Positions 50,109 through 64,000 of a stretch of DNA of 64,000 nucleotides are shown in pieces (positions within the stretch are counted from its first letter, which is position 1; every line of letters begins with the position of its first letter). Below the pieces are notes generated by a model. It searched no databases and was not told where the DNA came from. It worked only from the letters and a program-made list of their open reading frames with translations. This stretch comes from Lingula anatina. Its lineage: Eukaryota > Animalia > Brachiopoda. The translations under genes and the position numbers were made by a program. The DNA lies in assembly GCA_051362555.1 (NCBI GenBank), contig CM120641.1, positions 1,922,001 through 1,986,000 on the forward strand. The letters are read 5' to 3'.

Positions 50109-50561
50109 CATTTTTCATTGACTTGGAATGGCTTGGGCCATACATGGACTCCAAGCATCAGACTCCACAAAAACTGTGCCTTCTCATTTTGTTAAAAAGC
50201 TTTCCAAAAGGAAAATATTTTAGCTTTTTGAGATAAGACAAAGGGTTTTGGTATTGTTCGAAACATATCTTGCTAGCTTTAAAGTAAAACACATGCTTTG
50301 GTAGTGACAAGAAAAATCTTGTGTTTAAGCTCTTAAAAACACAGTTGCAACTGTTTTTTTTCAGCATTTGAATACAATATCTACTCTGAGAAAGTTCATA
50401 GAGAAAAACCCAGTAGGCTCTTTGTGACAGAGATAATTGGAAGTTTGACTCAAAAACATTCAGTTTTTTCTTTTTTACTAAATCTTGGATACTGTTGCTC
50501 AATGTTTTGACACAGTTGGATGTATAATTTATTGTAGAACATTTTGTTGTCGCATTTTCAG

Positions 50562-50689
50562 GACTTGGACATAATATATGCGTACCTGCGAGGGCTAGAG
50601 GCACTGAGCTCACTGAGAGAACCAGCACTACGGGCCATCTGCAAGAATGTGCGATACGAGTTCCACGACGCAAATGATATATTATACTG
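50562..50689 (+). CDS. RAPGEF2: RAPGEF2/6, coding exon 2 (N-terminal cNMP-binding-like region)
   Basis: TTTTCAG|DLDIIYAYLRGLEALSSLREPALRAICKNVRYEFHDANDILY|GTAAGA; matches recalled RAPGEF2 DLEIVYSYLHGMEALSNLREHQLR..VRYERHEANEVLY. Confidence 0.93.
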
Positions 50690-51087
50690 GTAAGAGTATG
50701 GCTTCAGACTTATGCCCTTTTTCTCTGCAAGAGCTGCACTTATTTAGGCTGCTCCAGTTTGAGAGATTGACAGCTTAATAGCTTGACTCTAATGTAAGAG
50801 AATCATTAAAATGAAGTCCTTGTACTCGACATGGTCCATTTTATTACAAAATAAGAAGAAAGCAAACTTGTGAAATGGAGTAAAACTAGGGTAATAACAT
50901 GTTAGTATGTGTCCAACTGGATTGGTCTAGTTAAGTGTATTTCTCAATTTGAAAAGGGCCTAAGATGTTATCATTTAATGTTTAGTTTTGTTTTCTGATT
51001 TTGAGTTTGAAACAAAAGGGTTGATTGATTGTGAATTGTTATTAAGTTGGGTATGATGTTGTCTATGATGTCATTATTTCCATGTGA

Positions 51088-51245
51088 TGGGTGTGACAGT
51101 GTGTTAGGTATCACATTGAGATAGATGTGTTGGCTATGGCAATGTGTTGGACATTACATTGTGTTAGATGTGCTGAGGCATTGTGTTGGCTGTGACAGTG
51201 TGTTGGACATCACAATATGTTAGATGTGTTAGCTGGGGCATTGTC
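51088..51245. repeat. Degenerate GTGTTRGATGTGACA tandem array
   Basis: Same motif as 38085-38190. Confidence 0.6.
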
Positions 51246-54200
51246 TTACATGAGTTTGACTGTTTTGAATTGGCCAACTATTTTATAAAGAATTTTAAAG
51301 GTTTTTTTACTGTCAGTATTTGACCCCCTCCCCTCCCCACCCCCTCCCGCAGTCATAAAAATGGCTGGTAGTCTCAGTTTCCTTTTATTAAAGGCTGCTA
51401 GATTGTGGTTATTGGGTGTTAAGTCCATTGTAGACTATGGCTACAACTTTCTTTGGCCCAGCAGGCATGCAAGTTTCTAGTTGAGTTGCAGCCTTGTAAG
51501 ACCTTTTTTTACCTGGTAAAACTGTAAAAAGGCAGACACTGTTTACTGTGGATCAAATCACTGTTGTTTGTGAAACACTTTTAGACCACTATCACTCAGA
51601 CTGTATGCAGTTGTATTTAGTTGAGCTTAGCTCGTGTTGAGCTGTCTTAGTGTGTTCCAAACACTTAATGCGCCCTGTGCAACAGGCTCCAGATGTGGCG
51701 ACATCTGGTGGTTAAAACTGTCACATGTGTTCTATGTGGAGCCAAGTGACTTGGTTTTGTCTCCTAAGTACTTTAGTTGTTGGACTATATGGTTTGCTCA
51801 TATGTTTTGGCATTTAACTTTGTCATTTTATTTATCTACCACGTGTGGATGGTAAATGGATGGTGACAATCATATAATTTCTATTTAATCAATTACAATT
51901 TTAATTTTGGCTAAGTCTGTGATATTTGTATTTGTATGTACACTAAAGGAAGCCTAAAGAAGATTTTATTTATTATAACAGTAGATGATTGACTTGATTG
52001 GAAGAAGGCACAAAGATAAAGGTATCCATTATTTGTTTTTTGTGGGAATCTTTTTGATAGTGGTGAAATGCAGAGCTACATCTAGATGCATAGATTCACG
52101 GTCTCTTCATGTAAATAGAAATAGTGCATGTCTTCACCATTAGGTGTCAGCACTGAGCAGATCCATGTCAACTTTGACCTGGAATCCAGTCTTGTTTATT
52201 CTCTCTCCATTGGGACCCTGCAGGTCTTGGTGTAAGCAAGAAGATGGCTCTGTCTGAGATGAGAGAGAGAGATAGCGCTGTCTAATGTAAATGTGAGAAA
52301 GATGGGCTGAGATAACGTGACCCATATTTTATCTATGTTGGAGGGGGACTGAAGAATGTAATAGCAGTGATATTAGACAGTAAAGGTTTTTTTGGATTTG
52401 TTGACTTTGCATTGGTTGACACGGGTGACAGTGAATTTTTATTGAAATAATTATTTCCTTATAAACAAAATCCTGCATTCAGCAGTGAAGCAGTCATAAT
52501 TTATTGTAGTTGACACTTGAATTGTTTTTATGCCTTGGGAAATTTTGAAAAAGATAAAAAGCCCTTCTATTTTTAAATTCTTACCTAACCTAGTAGTCAG
52601 GTAATACTTGAAATATTTACTATAACTATTTAAATTACATTTTTAACAGGGCAAGGATTTGATAAAGAACTCAAGGTCTTCAGCTTCAAATATTCCAAAC
52701 ATTCAGATCACATGTTTTATATGTGTCACTTGGGCTGTATCACTGTCTCAAGGTTCAAATAACTGATATAATTCATTAACATTTTATCGCCTTAATGAGC
52801 CAATTTACACGTTATTTGCATGAGTAGATAAGAACACTTGAATGTACTGGTACATTTATGGCTATAGGAAAGGAATAGAAAGGTCATTAACTGCAGGCAA
52901 TTAAAATTTAAATATAGTCCATTTTAGCTGTTAATGATAATGGGTATATCACTCGGGTACCGTTGTACTAGAACCTGCTAAAGAAACTAAGGTGAGCTCT
53001 AAAGGATGTGCACATCAGGCAGAATACCTGACACAAATTTTATAGATACAGATTTTTGGAATTTACCATTAACAATTGACCCACTGCTGTTGTTTTTATG
53101 CTCTGAGATTAACCACTATGTATATTTGGTTCCCCTCCTCCCAAGAAATAAATAAATATTGCCAATCAATACTTAAACTGTTCTTGTATGCTCATTCAAT
53201 CTCATGTGTTTCAAAAACAAAAAGAAAATGAATGTCTGCCAACCCTGTTTACAGGGAGTAGTTGCTCATTAACTAACTTCACATTTTTGTCTTTTGTAAT
53301 TCTTCACTCATGGTAAAATGCCAAGTAATGTGACACTTTCTTACTGCATGTGATTCATCTTGTCCATTTTGGACCATATTTAAAGTAATCATGCCTTGGG
53401 TTTTCCTGACAAAATAAATTTTTCTTTAAAATAAAAACAAATTTATCGCACTCATGAATTATTCCACGCTGCTCCTGCACTTGGATTCAATATTTATACC
53501 ATTTTAAATAAATTATTTCCTCCTAAATGGCTACCCTTTCACTTGTGACTGCTATGGTTTCATGAACATTCCAAAAGGGACTAGGTTCTTTAATTTTATT
53601 GATTTTAGTTGTTTTTAGAAAGAAAGTAGCTTTGCAGGATGTGCTGACAGGAAATATGACTTTGGGACATTTTCAAAAACAGTTTTAAAGTAAAAGTTTT
53701 ATCCCATTTCCCCTACTGATTGATGGGACCCGTGGAAGGGAGGAACCACAGGGATGCTGCAGCAATGTTAACACACTGATTGCATGATGGAAGACCATGT
53801 GTGTCACCGCCGTGGAACAGAGGGTCATCACGATGCTGAACCATCTCATTGTCTGTGTGAACTAATTTTAGTGCCGCTGCACACAGACCCAGTGTGTGCG
53901 GCTCACTCCTGATGGATGTTTTTCACTTTCTCATTCAGTAACTAACTGCTGACATGGGAAGCATGGTTGAAGGATGATTACGAACATCTTATGTAGGCAG
54001 CACTTTTCTAGTTGCCACCTCTGCCAGCTATTAGAAACGCTTAGTAGAGGTTACAACTGATGAACTTTTCTGTGTTACATGGTTTTTGACTTAAAGGATG
54101 TTATCAAAGGTTGCACTACCACTGTGTTACTTCCAGAAAACGGATATATTGTGAAGGTTCAACTGAAGAGCATTTGACCTTTACGCTTACTTAAAGTGGA

Positions 54201-55527
54201 AGTAGCAACTTTCTTATGCAATGGAATTTTTATGGATTTTGCTCATATCAGGGCAACCCTTCGAAGACTAATTTGAGTTCATAGAGAAGATAATTAATAT
54301 TATATTACCTTGGATTTTCGACATATGGCTAAAGACTGAGGTAAAGAGGGATAGAACTGGATGTAAAGTTAAATACAGGTATGGTGAATAGCAGGAAAGT
54401 TCATATTGCTTCATGAAAAAGCTGTAGGATTTATTTATTTATTTATTTTAACATAAAAGTTTTCTTTGGAAAAAATTTATCTGATTTGCTTAAATGTTGA
54501 CAAAAATATTAAGAATAGCTGAATACAATGAAAATGAACAAATAAATGGAATTAAATCCGTACATAATTATTTTTTTGGGGCAGTATTAAAAGTATCTTT
54601 AAGCTGTACTTAAATAGACCTAAATAAACCATGCTATAAAACCCACACCTGTTGAATTACCTTATTACAGGTGTTAATATAGTGGTTTGGTAGGAAAAAA
54701 GTGTTTATGAATGGGTCTTAACCTGGTTTGAGCTAACGGCATTTTTATTGTTGTTGGTGTGTATCCTGAAGTTGCAGTGATGGGAATGGAAATCATCCTC
54801 GCTATACCAAAGTGCTGGACTTTGCATAAATTCTAGAGAGATTTAACAAGATTTGTATGATAGAGAAGTCAGAAATAATGTCAGGCTAGCAAACACGGAA
54901 TAGCATTGAATAAAAGCTGACAGAATATTATGTGGATATTGTATTCTGGCTGTTTTCTCTTAAGTTCTGTAGAAGTCTTTTGCACAACAGATGGCATTCA
55001 CTGTTTTGCCTGTTGCTTTCTGAGATGAAATTCCTAGAACATAGGTTGTTATCCATATTGCTATAAGGTTAGTCCCATCTCCTGTTGGTCCTTGCACATT
55101 TTCTAGTCTTATGTGACATCTACTGTGTCATTGTCTTCATTTAAGGCTATGTAAGATAATTTTCATAACTTTTGCCACTTGCCAAGTCAGTCATGATGCA
55201 GAGATAGGTCAGTGTGGGTTATGTTATATAAGAGTATGTTTTAGATTGTGTTTGGTGTGATGGTACTAGTATGTGAAATGTGCTTTGGATGAAGGACATG
55301 GCTTGGTGACTGACTTGAATATTAAAATATATTTTATTTCTTGTGAGAAAAGCAGACAGAGCAAGGAATTCATTAATAAGAATTTAATAAGAATCTTAAA
55401 ATTTGACTTTTTTAACTTTGTAAAACATTTTTTTCTGAGATAAAATAGTGTAAACTTTAGGTGGTGTTGTAATTGTGTTAGTTGTGACTAAAACACACTC
55501 CTAACTCTCTTCACTTGTTTCTTCCAG

Positions 55528-55611
55528 CCGTGGTGAGATCAGCTCCTGCTGGTATATCCTGCTTACTGGGAGTGTGTTCATAGACGGATCCATGTTCCTG
55601 CCAAGAAGCAG
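55528..55611 (+). CDS. RAPGEF2: RAPGEF2/6, coding exon 3 (gene continues beyond the window)
   Basis: TTCCAG|(C)RGEISSCWYILLTGSVFIDGSMFLPRS(S)|GTAAGA; matches recalled CWYILLSGSVFIKESMFLPRSS; phase 2-2. Confidence 0.93.
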
Positions 55612-58600
55612 GTAAGAACCCCCCCCCCCCTTGCCCTCTCCCCTGTAATACCGTGCCCCATTTTAAAGCAACCACTATATGACGTGATGCTCCAAATATC
55701 TTTGGGAGACTGTGAAGATGGTGTTAGTTTTGATGTGTGTACGTTATGTTTTTTAATGCAGAGATTGAATAAGTGGAAATTGTGTTGAGAATGAGTGTAG
55801 AAATTCATAATGCTAGAGATGATGCCATTCTTTACCCTGTTGTCATTACTTGATTGTCGATTGTGTTTGATTTTGAATGAAATGAATTGTGTAGGTTTGA
55901 CTGTGATGGGGAGCTTTTCTATTTATGTTATTTTTTTTTTTTGCTCTCGTGTCTTTATGACCATGATATGACTGGTCTGGAATTGATTCAAGAATTGGAT
56001 ATTCTGATTTAAAGTTACTTGCCGAAGCAGCCTAACATTTCAGCTTGAATAATTTTCAGGGATATTATTTCTGCTCTCAGAGTGCAGCATTTCACAGTCA
56101 GCAGTGCAATCAGTAACATTATGCAAGGACATAAGTTTGGTTTCACTGAAGTGTTAATGGAAACATTTACTGTAAGAAGAAAATGGGGAAAACCAGGACA
56201 ACATAATATCTTTGGATGTTTATTTTCTTGTGTGGTTAGTACCACTTCAGTAATAGCATTTCAGGATATGTTTTTCACATTTTGAGTTTTATGCTACAAT
56301 TTCACTCTTATTGAGAAGTTTTATATTATTCTGCCTGAGTTTTTTCAAGAATGTCAGTTATAAAGCTCCAGAGTCTGGTTTAAAGTTAAAAAAAAAAAAA
56401 AAAATTACAATTGTAAGTCATAAATTATATGTTGCTCAAAGTAAGATATGAATGGGGTCAAGGTGACACTGCTGCAGGAAAACGTCATGTATGTGCTTTG
56501 GGACATGTCATACTATTTTGATATGTCCTGTTGTCATTAGTGTTGGTGGCTGAACTGAGGGTGAAGGGGGAGGGAGAAAGAATGGCAAAGAGGAGGGTAG
56601 GGAACACCTTATGATTGGCGTGATTGGCCTTATTTTTTGAGCGTAATGCATTTATTTGAGCCCAATATTTTGCGTGAAGCATGATTCAAGAATTCTTGGT
56701 GATTGGCCTGAATATGTCTTGGTGATTGGTGATTGAGCTGTTTAAATTCTTGGTGATTGGTGACTAAGGGGGCGGGGGGGGGGGGGGGGTATTCCCTACC
56801 CTCAAGGAGGGTACAACACAGAACAGGATAGAGAGTACACAAATAGAAATGAGGGAGGTGAAACATAGGTGAAAAAGAGAACATACAGTGGCATGAGTGC
56901 CCCTCTAGATCACGTGGGAAAGTTCACTGTTATAATACATACTCCCTATTGAGAGAGTCCATTCCAAATAGCAGATCAAACATTTACAGTCAGTCTGTAG
57001 TGGTAGCCTGATATTCTGTGTCAGCGGCATGTTATGTACACATATCAAAACTGTGTGTGTAGGACACCTTGTTTTGTAAGCATATTCCATAAAGAAAGAG
57101 GTCCAGAGGTGCATTAAAGGAGGCATTTTAATGGCCTATTTGCAGCATTTTGTTGTGCAGCCTCACGTAGAACACACCCCTCTCCCTGAGCAGGGAGACT
57201 TTATGCTATAAGCAGTAGGAACTTAATAAGGGTCGGTTTTATTTGGGGAGAAGCAGAGGATGGATGTTTTTGGACTGTTTTGAATACGATGTATGCTGTC
57301 AAATGAATAGGATGTTTGGGAAGGGTATGATGGAACTAAGTTAGATGAAAAGTATTCAGTGCTGTTTTAGTATTTGATTCCATTGGCTGGTGTTTGATGA
57401 ATGAGTTGTCCAGAGTTTACTGTAATCTCCACATGCAGCATTTCTCATCAACTCAGTGATTAATCATATTGAAAGGACTAACTTGATTAGCATTGATTTT
57501 CTCCCCGGGTGCCCCCTACTAATAAATAGGGACCATGTTTTCATATCATGCTCCATTGCGGGTTCCACTTGGCTAACAGAGCAAGACAACTAGCCAAATT
57601 ATAGGGAAGGCCTCCATGTTGTACCATCTAACTTCACGTAGCATCAGGTGTGCAGTTATCACTCGTTACAACACAGAGAGGCGGTAAACTGTGATGAAGT
57701 CCACAGTTAATGAACAGATTCCCAGGGATTAACATTGCAGTGGATTAACCAGGAAGCAGGAGTCTCAATGTTGAAGTCACATACAACCTTGAAGGAGATA
57801 TGATTGGAATGCGGTGACTATTACATAGCCACTAACATATCCCACAGGTTTAGAGGGGTATACACTGAACTATTTACCACCTGATAAAGTTAAAGGGTTG
57901 TAAAATCCTGCTTATATATTGGTGCCGTATTGGAGAAGCAGTTTGACATTTACTTCCGCTATATAGTAGGTAGGATATGGTGGAAAACTTTACGGAAGAA
58001 AGGATGATTACATATGGACATGAATAAACTGGCCAAGTTTTGATATTGTTAAAACAAACATTGCTGTTTTTTCCAAGTTGTTTATAAGAACTATATGATA
58101 TATATACATCTTGGTCATAGGGGAAGAAGACAACGGAAAGAGGAAACTTTACCTGCAAAACATTATTGACCTGAGGTACTGATTTAATGCAGGTATTATT
58201 TAATGAGTATTATAAACTTGTATTCAAGCTACACATTTAAAGGAGGTTGCAATTTTGTAGTTCACAACTTACAGTGAGTTCAAGTACAAAATCAAAGAAG
58301 GGACCACTACCTAGGACTTCAGACTGTTAGAAAGGATGATTTATAACTAAGTCTTTCAACTTCAAGAGCCTTCAGTTTAATTTATCAGATGATGGGCAGT
58401 TATGATAAGTTGGTGAGGTATGCAGTGGTAACTGTGTGAGTTGAATATAGGCTCATCATTAGATACACATCAACACCTTCAGCCAGTGGTGATACTGCCC
58501 TGTTCTTTACCATACCTTTCAACTGGGCACCTTTCAACTGGGTCACTACGTACTTGTGAGGAACTTGTGTGAACTTCATCTTGTAATTCCAGGTGAGTGT

Positions 58601-58680
58601 TTTGGTGGTTAATTAAAAAAGAGTACACCTGGTGTAATAATTACCTGGAGTTTCACCTGTGAGCTGGGCAATGGAGAGAA

Positions 58681-58682
<2 letters not shown>

Positions 58683-58741
<59 letters not shown>

Positions 58742-58750
58742 GTGTGTGTG
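58683..58750. repeat. (TG)n microsatellite
   Basis: Seen directly. Confidence 0.95.
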
Positions 58751-59926
58751 TAATGGCCAGTCTTTATATATGTTAATTAGTGTAAAATATCATTCTTTGC
58801 TGACTAGTGACCTCAGTTTTTCACATTATCAGACCCACTTGTTGACCACAATTTCAGACAAATGAAGTAAGGATCAGTGCATTAAGAGCACTGGCCTGAA
58901 GTCTTCTATTGTCTGGTAATCCATTGGAATCTGAATATTTACCCTCTCTGCAGCATGTCTATATTATATCAGTCAGTAGAGGGGCACCTGCCGACCAACC
59001 AACCCAACAATAGACATATATGAGTCTTGGCAGTGAAAACTTGACTTAATCCCAAATCCCTGATAATCCAGCCTTGACGGTTAATCCAGCCACTGAGGTT
59101 ATCAATGTGTATTAACAGAGGAGTTATATCAATAAGTGACTGTGTATACACTGTATCAGAAATAACTAGATACTATATCTGACTTCAGGTGCTTGTTTTA
59201 CCTGATACAGGTGTGAATAGCATGTGGTGTACCTGGACTTATAGTATAACATATAGACTTCTTCAGCTTGGTATACTGACCATTATAACACTGGGATTTG
59301 TGGCTCTTGGTCAGATATTTGTGGTAAAGGATAAATTTTTAATCTGCCCATATACTTATATACTGTACATAACTTGAAGTTGCGTGAAAGTGAGACTATA
59401 AGCAGGTAAGTAAAACTCTGGAGTGGATGGTCTTGTGCAATGTGTAAATGTGTGTTGAAATCCAATGTGTTCAATAGTTTACTGTTCTAGTAACATAGAA
59501 ACCAGTTTGATATACGACTGAAAGTGTGTCAAATACATATCTGTTATTGATAGTATGATATCAGCTACTGGTGTGGTTTACTTTACTCAGTGACACTGAA
59601 TATCAAAGAATGGAGATATATCCCTGTACGCACTCTGCAGAAATGAGGATGCATAAGTAACATTTGTCCTCTATTTACAAAGATCTTTTTCAGTTGGAAT
59701 ATTTCCCCATGATATGTTGTTTTGGAATGTGCAGGGATTGGTGGGCCATGTTAAATGTCCACAGTTATGTGAGTGGTAGAGGACATCTATGTGTGATATC
59801 TTACTGTGGTCAGCCACAACTATGTATATCCCCTGTCATAGATATAGACATAGTTGTTGTTATATGTATCTTATATCATTGTACACATATTGCTCTGTTT
59901 AAGTTTGTGATAGCATCCTATGAATC

Positions 59927-60308
59927 TTGAGGTACAATGAGGTTCACTTGGCTGTCACATTGATCAGGCTGTCTCACACAATGCACTGTCACATCTAACA
60001 CATTGAGGTACAAAGAGGTTCACTTGGCTGTCACATTGACCAGGTTGTCTCTCACAATGCACTGTCACACCTAACACATTGAGGTACAATGAGGTTCATT
60101 TGGCTGTCACATTGATCAGGCTGTCTCACACAATGCACTGTCACACCTAACACATTGAGGTACAATGAGGTTCATTTGGTTGTCACATTGACCAGGTTGT
60201 CTCTCACAATGCACTGTCACACCTAACACATTGAAGAACAAAGAGGTTCACTTGGCTGTCATAGTGAGCAGGTTGTCTCACACAATGCACTGTCACACCT
60301 AACACATT
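59927..60308. repeat. 76-bp tandem repeat, 5 copies
   Basis: Units start at 59927, 60003, 60079, 60155 and 60231 (TTGAGGTACAATGAGGTTCACTTGGCTGTCACATTG...CACTGTCACACCTAACACA). Confidence 0.95.
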
Positions 60309-63300
60309 TAGACCCTTCACACATCCTGAAATATACTGAACTGTATCACAACTTTTTGACTGGTCCTAACAAATAATTGCGAATAATAACGCTGAGGGGT
60401 TTTGCTCCTTTTCACAGCTTCACTTTAAACTGTTTAGATCAATCAAAATTCGACTGGCTCTACTAGTCGACTGGCTCTACCAGGCGAGTTGAGATGATTC
60501 ACTTACATAATGGATAGGCCATTAAGTAATCAATCTCGGAATACATTATATGTTATGGTGTGAAAAGGTCCTCATAGGACATGCTGTCATGATGTTACAA
60601 GTATTTATAAATGTATTTCCAATACTTGCTGTGCCATTTAATTTCTTATTCCTGTTCTATTATCTGATACAAATTGAGAAAGTATGTCGGATTGTTTGAG
60701 TAGGGAAACTTTCAGAATTGAACAGCATGTTTATAACATCTTTATGAATTTAGAAAATCAGATAGTTGTGATAGTTAATTGGGAATGATATATGTGACTC
60801 GTGAAAGATACCACTGTATAATGCTGAACAAAGTGTGAAATGTCAAAATTTGAAACACCAGGCATTTATGACCGGTTGGCTACAGCATAAGCTTTAATGA
60901 ATCTGGATTTTGATAGCCATATTTCCTTGACAATTTTTCATTTCTGTGCATTCCAGGTGAAAATGTAAAAAACAAAGAAAAAAATCTGATGGATGTATTT
61001 TTATTAATTGATTTGAGTATGCCTATGAGTTAAGTTATATAGACAAGTACCGTGGTGTACTACTGCCATTGTGATAGACTGATATGTTTATATAGTAGAA
61101 AGTATTGTGGAATAATCATATTTGATAACAAATACAGTGTGTGTAATAATTGGGTGTGTCTAGCGATAGTTAAGAAACCAGTGATAAGCTTCTGGTTACG
61201 CCTGGTATATGTACCTTAGGACAATTTAAACAAGGGGGTATGGTGTGCCTTTATATAGGCTTATATCTTATGTCATAACAGACTTTTAAGACCCCTTTGC
61301 ATATCGAGTGGTATACTGAACTGACCAATCCACCCCGAGTGATGACAACTTGATAGCTTCAGTATAATGTGGTCTAAATGTGCTCTACACAGCCATTTGA
61401 TTGACTTAATTAAACAGCAGGAAGCAAACTAATATATAGAATGTGTGAAAAAGAGTAAAAACCCCTGTAGCTTGATAACCTGTCAAAGCAGATCAGTTCA
61501 ATCAAGTATCCGACAGAATTCACCACTCTGTCACTAAGGTGTTAAGTTCACATGGGTGTTCGTGTGTTTTTAGCGCACGAACACCTCGTAAAACTTTTTT
61601 ATATATATATTTTTGCCCTACATATAATGTGTATGAACAGTGAACTATCAATAAGCAGTGAGTGTATAGAGGACTTTGTTTTTCTCTTAATGGCATTGGG
61701 CACGTCACATGGGAATTGTTTCTCCATGTATGGTGCTACTGTTTTCAGTCTCCAGTAATGTCATTGAGAAATAGATATGAATGGTTGGACAACTGTCACA
61801 GTTATATATTTATATATCCTGCTGTGGGGTATAACTATCTATCCTCTGCCTGAGTAACATAGTGCTGATGTACTGAGACATGAATGTAGACCAACTAGTA
61901 CTTGATTGAAATTCTGATCAGTTATATTGTGGAAATGAGGCCTTACACATTACAATATCACATACACTTGGAAAGATTTGAGATCTTCTTTATTTCTTTT
62001 ATTTCACATCATAGAACTTTTTTTTACTGAAGTCATAACTGTCAGTAAGCAACAACAAGGTGTCCTTTGGGTCTTGAATGAAGATGTGCAACTAAAAAAT
62101 ATTTATATAATAAAGTAAGATATTAATAGATAAGGTACTAAAAATGATCATAACACATGGTAGCTGTTTGGTTTCTGAAAGCACATGCTAAAACTGTCAT
62201 TGCATGGATCATTTGTGCCAGTGATTGTTGCTGCTAAGTACAATAAGTTGTGAACTCGGTGCACTGTAACTCATTGTTGCATGTTACAGCGACTGAGTGC
62301 AAAAAATAAATGTAACATTTACAACTGTCACATCTGCCATGTGATTTACTAGTCAGTCATGGTGGAAGGTTAATTGTGTTGACTCACAGAGCTTGAGCAT
62401 ACACAATAGTTGATTTATTGAATTAGAGGCTGTTTGGAACACAAGTGACTGGCACACTTAGTTCTGCTGCAGAATATAGCACTGTGAGAAGATGGAAGGT
62501 ACTTTTTTCGAAACGTAAACCGGTTTTTAGACTTTCTGTAGGAGGTAGACAGTTTGGTTGCAGTGGAAGTCTTTGTTGTTTTTGAAATAAAGTATCCCTC
62601 AGGCTCATAGGCTGGAAACAAGCACATGGTACTTGTCCTGTTTTTAGCCTAAACATGATTTAGTTAAATTGGTACTGAATGCAGCCATTACTCAGCTAAT
62701 TTTAGTGAATCATCCATGGAAATAGGAAATGTTCAATATTATTTAAAGCAATAATATGCCTACAAGGAGATATATGTGTAACTTTTGCCTTAATTGTGTT
62801 TGATAATGATGTATTTGCACAGTTTGCAAACCACTGAGAGTTAAGTGAAATCCTTTAACATACCATTTAGATTTTTTCGCCAGCCTTACAGCTGAAGAAT
62901 TGCTGGACATCATTGTGAAGTTGAAGAACTAAAATTGTTTTTTCATGCTTGTTCATTTTTTAACCTTACACATGTAATTGAATGTGTAATTTGAATGCTT
63001 AGGTGGGTACGAAAGCAGGACAATATGCCTGTAAAAAGAACGCCAAAATCATATACAATTTTGGAAGATGAACCATTTGAACATCTGATTCTTCAAGAGC
63101 TGATTGTGAATTGTGTTGATTGTGCTCAGTCTCATCTAACACAATCAAACAATTCCTCACCTCTCATCTGCATCATCTCAGATCTCCACATGGCCACATC
63201 TGCCAGCTGTAGGCTAGACCAGGTCCATGTGTGTGCCAGTAGACTGAAAACATTCCAACAAAACCTTCTCATTTCCATTTGGTAATTCCTCGGGGGCCAT

Positions 63301-64000
63301 TATTGATTATTTTCAGGCAATTGCTAAGCCTCTGGCTCTCACCCTTTGACTGACTTGTGTTAATGTTCTGCAGCCTCAGAATTAAGTGGCTCAGTTGAAC
63401 AGTTAATGCTCCTGAACATTGACTTCATAACCAATATTAATTCTTCAGGGGTGTGATGGAATTGATCCAAAAGAAAAAGTTTTTTCTAGACATTTATTTT
63501 GAAATTTTGATGAATGTTTTGTCTAAAAAAGCATTTACATTACTTTTTGTTATCTTTTCACTTATTTAGAATTATGTGTGCTAAAATAATGTTTTTGATG
63601 ATGAAATAAATTTATTAAGAGTTAATTTATAGATTAATGGTCTTTTGAGGCCAATTTTTGTCACAGTTGGTAAGTGCACATAGTAGAAACGTAATCTTAT
63701 TTGTTTGATTGAAGTTGATTTAATGCTACAGTTCGTTTTAATCCAATGTAGATTTATTTTGCTTAATTACTGTTAGGTGAAGCATTGTAATAAAGCAATT
63801 AAAAAGCTTGACCTTTGTGGCAAACCTAAATTAAATGAAGTAATTTACAATAATTAATGCTCAGAGGAATTGATGTAATTACCCTGTTAATTATTCAGTT
63901 GACTGATTACATCATTATATTGGAGCATATGTCACTTAGTACAATAGCCGAGGCATTTTGTGAATAGGGCTGGGATAAATATGCTCAAGGAGTTAGAAAT

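Noticed and set aside
50158-50673. 171-aa minus-strand ORF
   Set aside because: Antisense to RAPGEF exon 2 plus intron; no domain.
53783-53915. Intronic box C/D snoRNA or SECIS-like element
   Set aside because: Imperfect C box (ATGATGG), no convincing terminal stem and no recognisable guide sequence.
57305-57335. Next RAPGEF exon (TTTGGGAAG = FGK)
   Set aside because: No polypyrimidine tract, wrong spacing for phase 2 and no continuing homology; the true exon is probably beyond the window.

Overview
AT-rich eukaryotic DNA that looks like an invertebrate genome (probably marine and lophotrochozoan; this is inferred from repeat types and composition only). Four spliced genes can be rebuilt by hand with GT-AG introns and consistent phases. 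(1) A 287-aa protein with six ankyrin repeats (+, 22544-24855). (2) A 308-aa cell-surface protein with a signal peptide, two Ig-like domains, a Pro/Thr stalk and a C-terminal hydrophobic anchor (-, 32941-27324). (3) A 756-aa ankyrin-DHHC palmitoyltransferase with ZDHHC13/17/Akr1 architecture and an unusual His/Gly/Met/Pro N-terminus (-, 40326-35177). (4) The first three coding exons of RAPGEF2/6 (PDZ-GEF; +, 46357-55611, continuing beyond the window), head-to-head with the DHHC gene. Positions 1-22 kb are gene-poor and carry MITEs, a CR1/L2 reverse-transcriptase fossil, a 22-bp minisatellite and a palindrome holding two minimal hammerhead-ribozyme-like motifs. Most ORFs in the supplied track are spurious. 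Coordinates were counted by eye and repeat boundaries are approximate.
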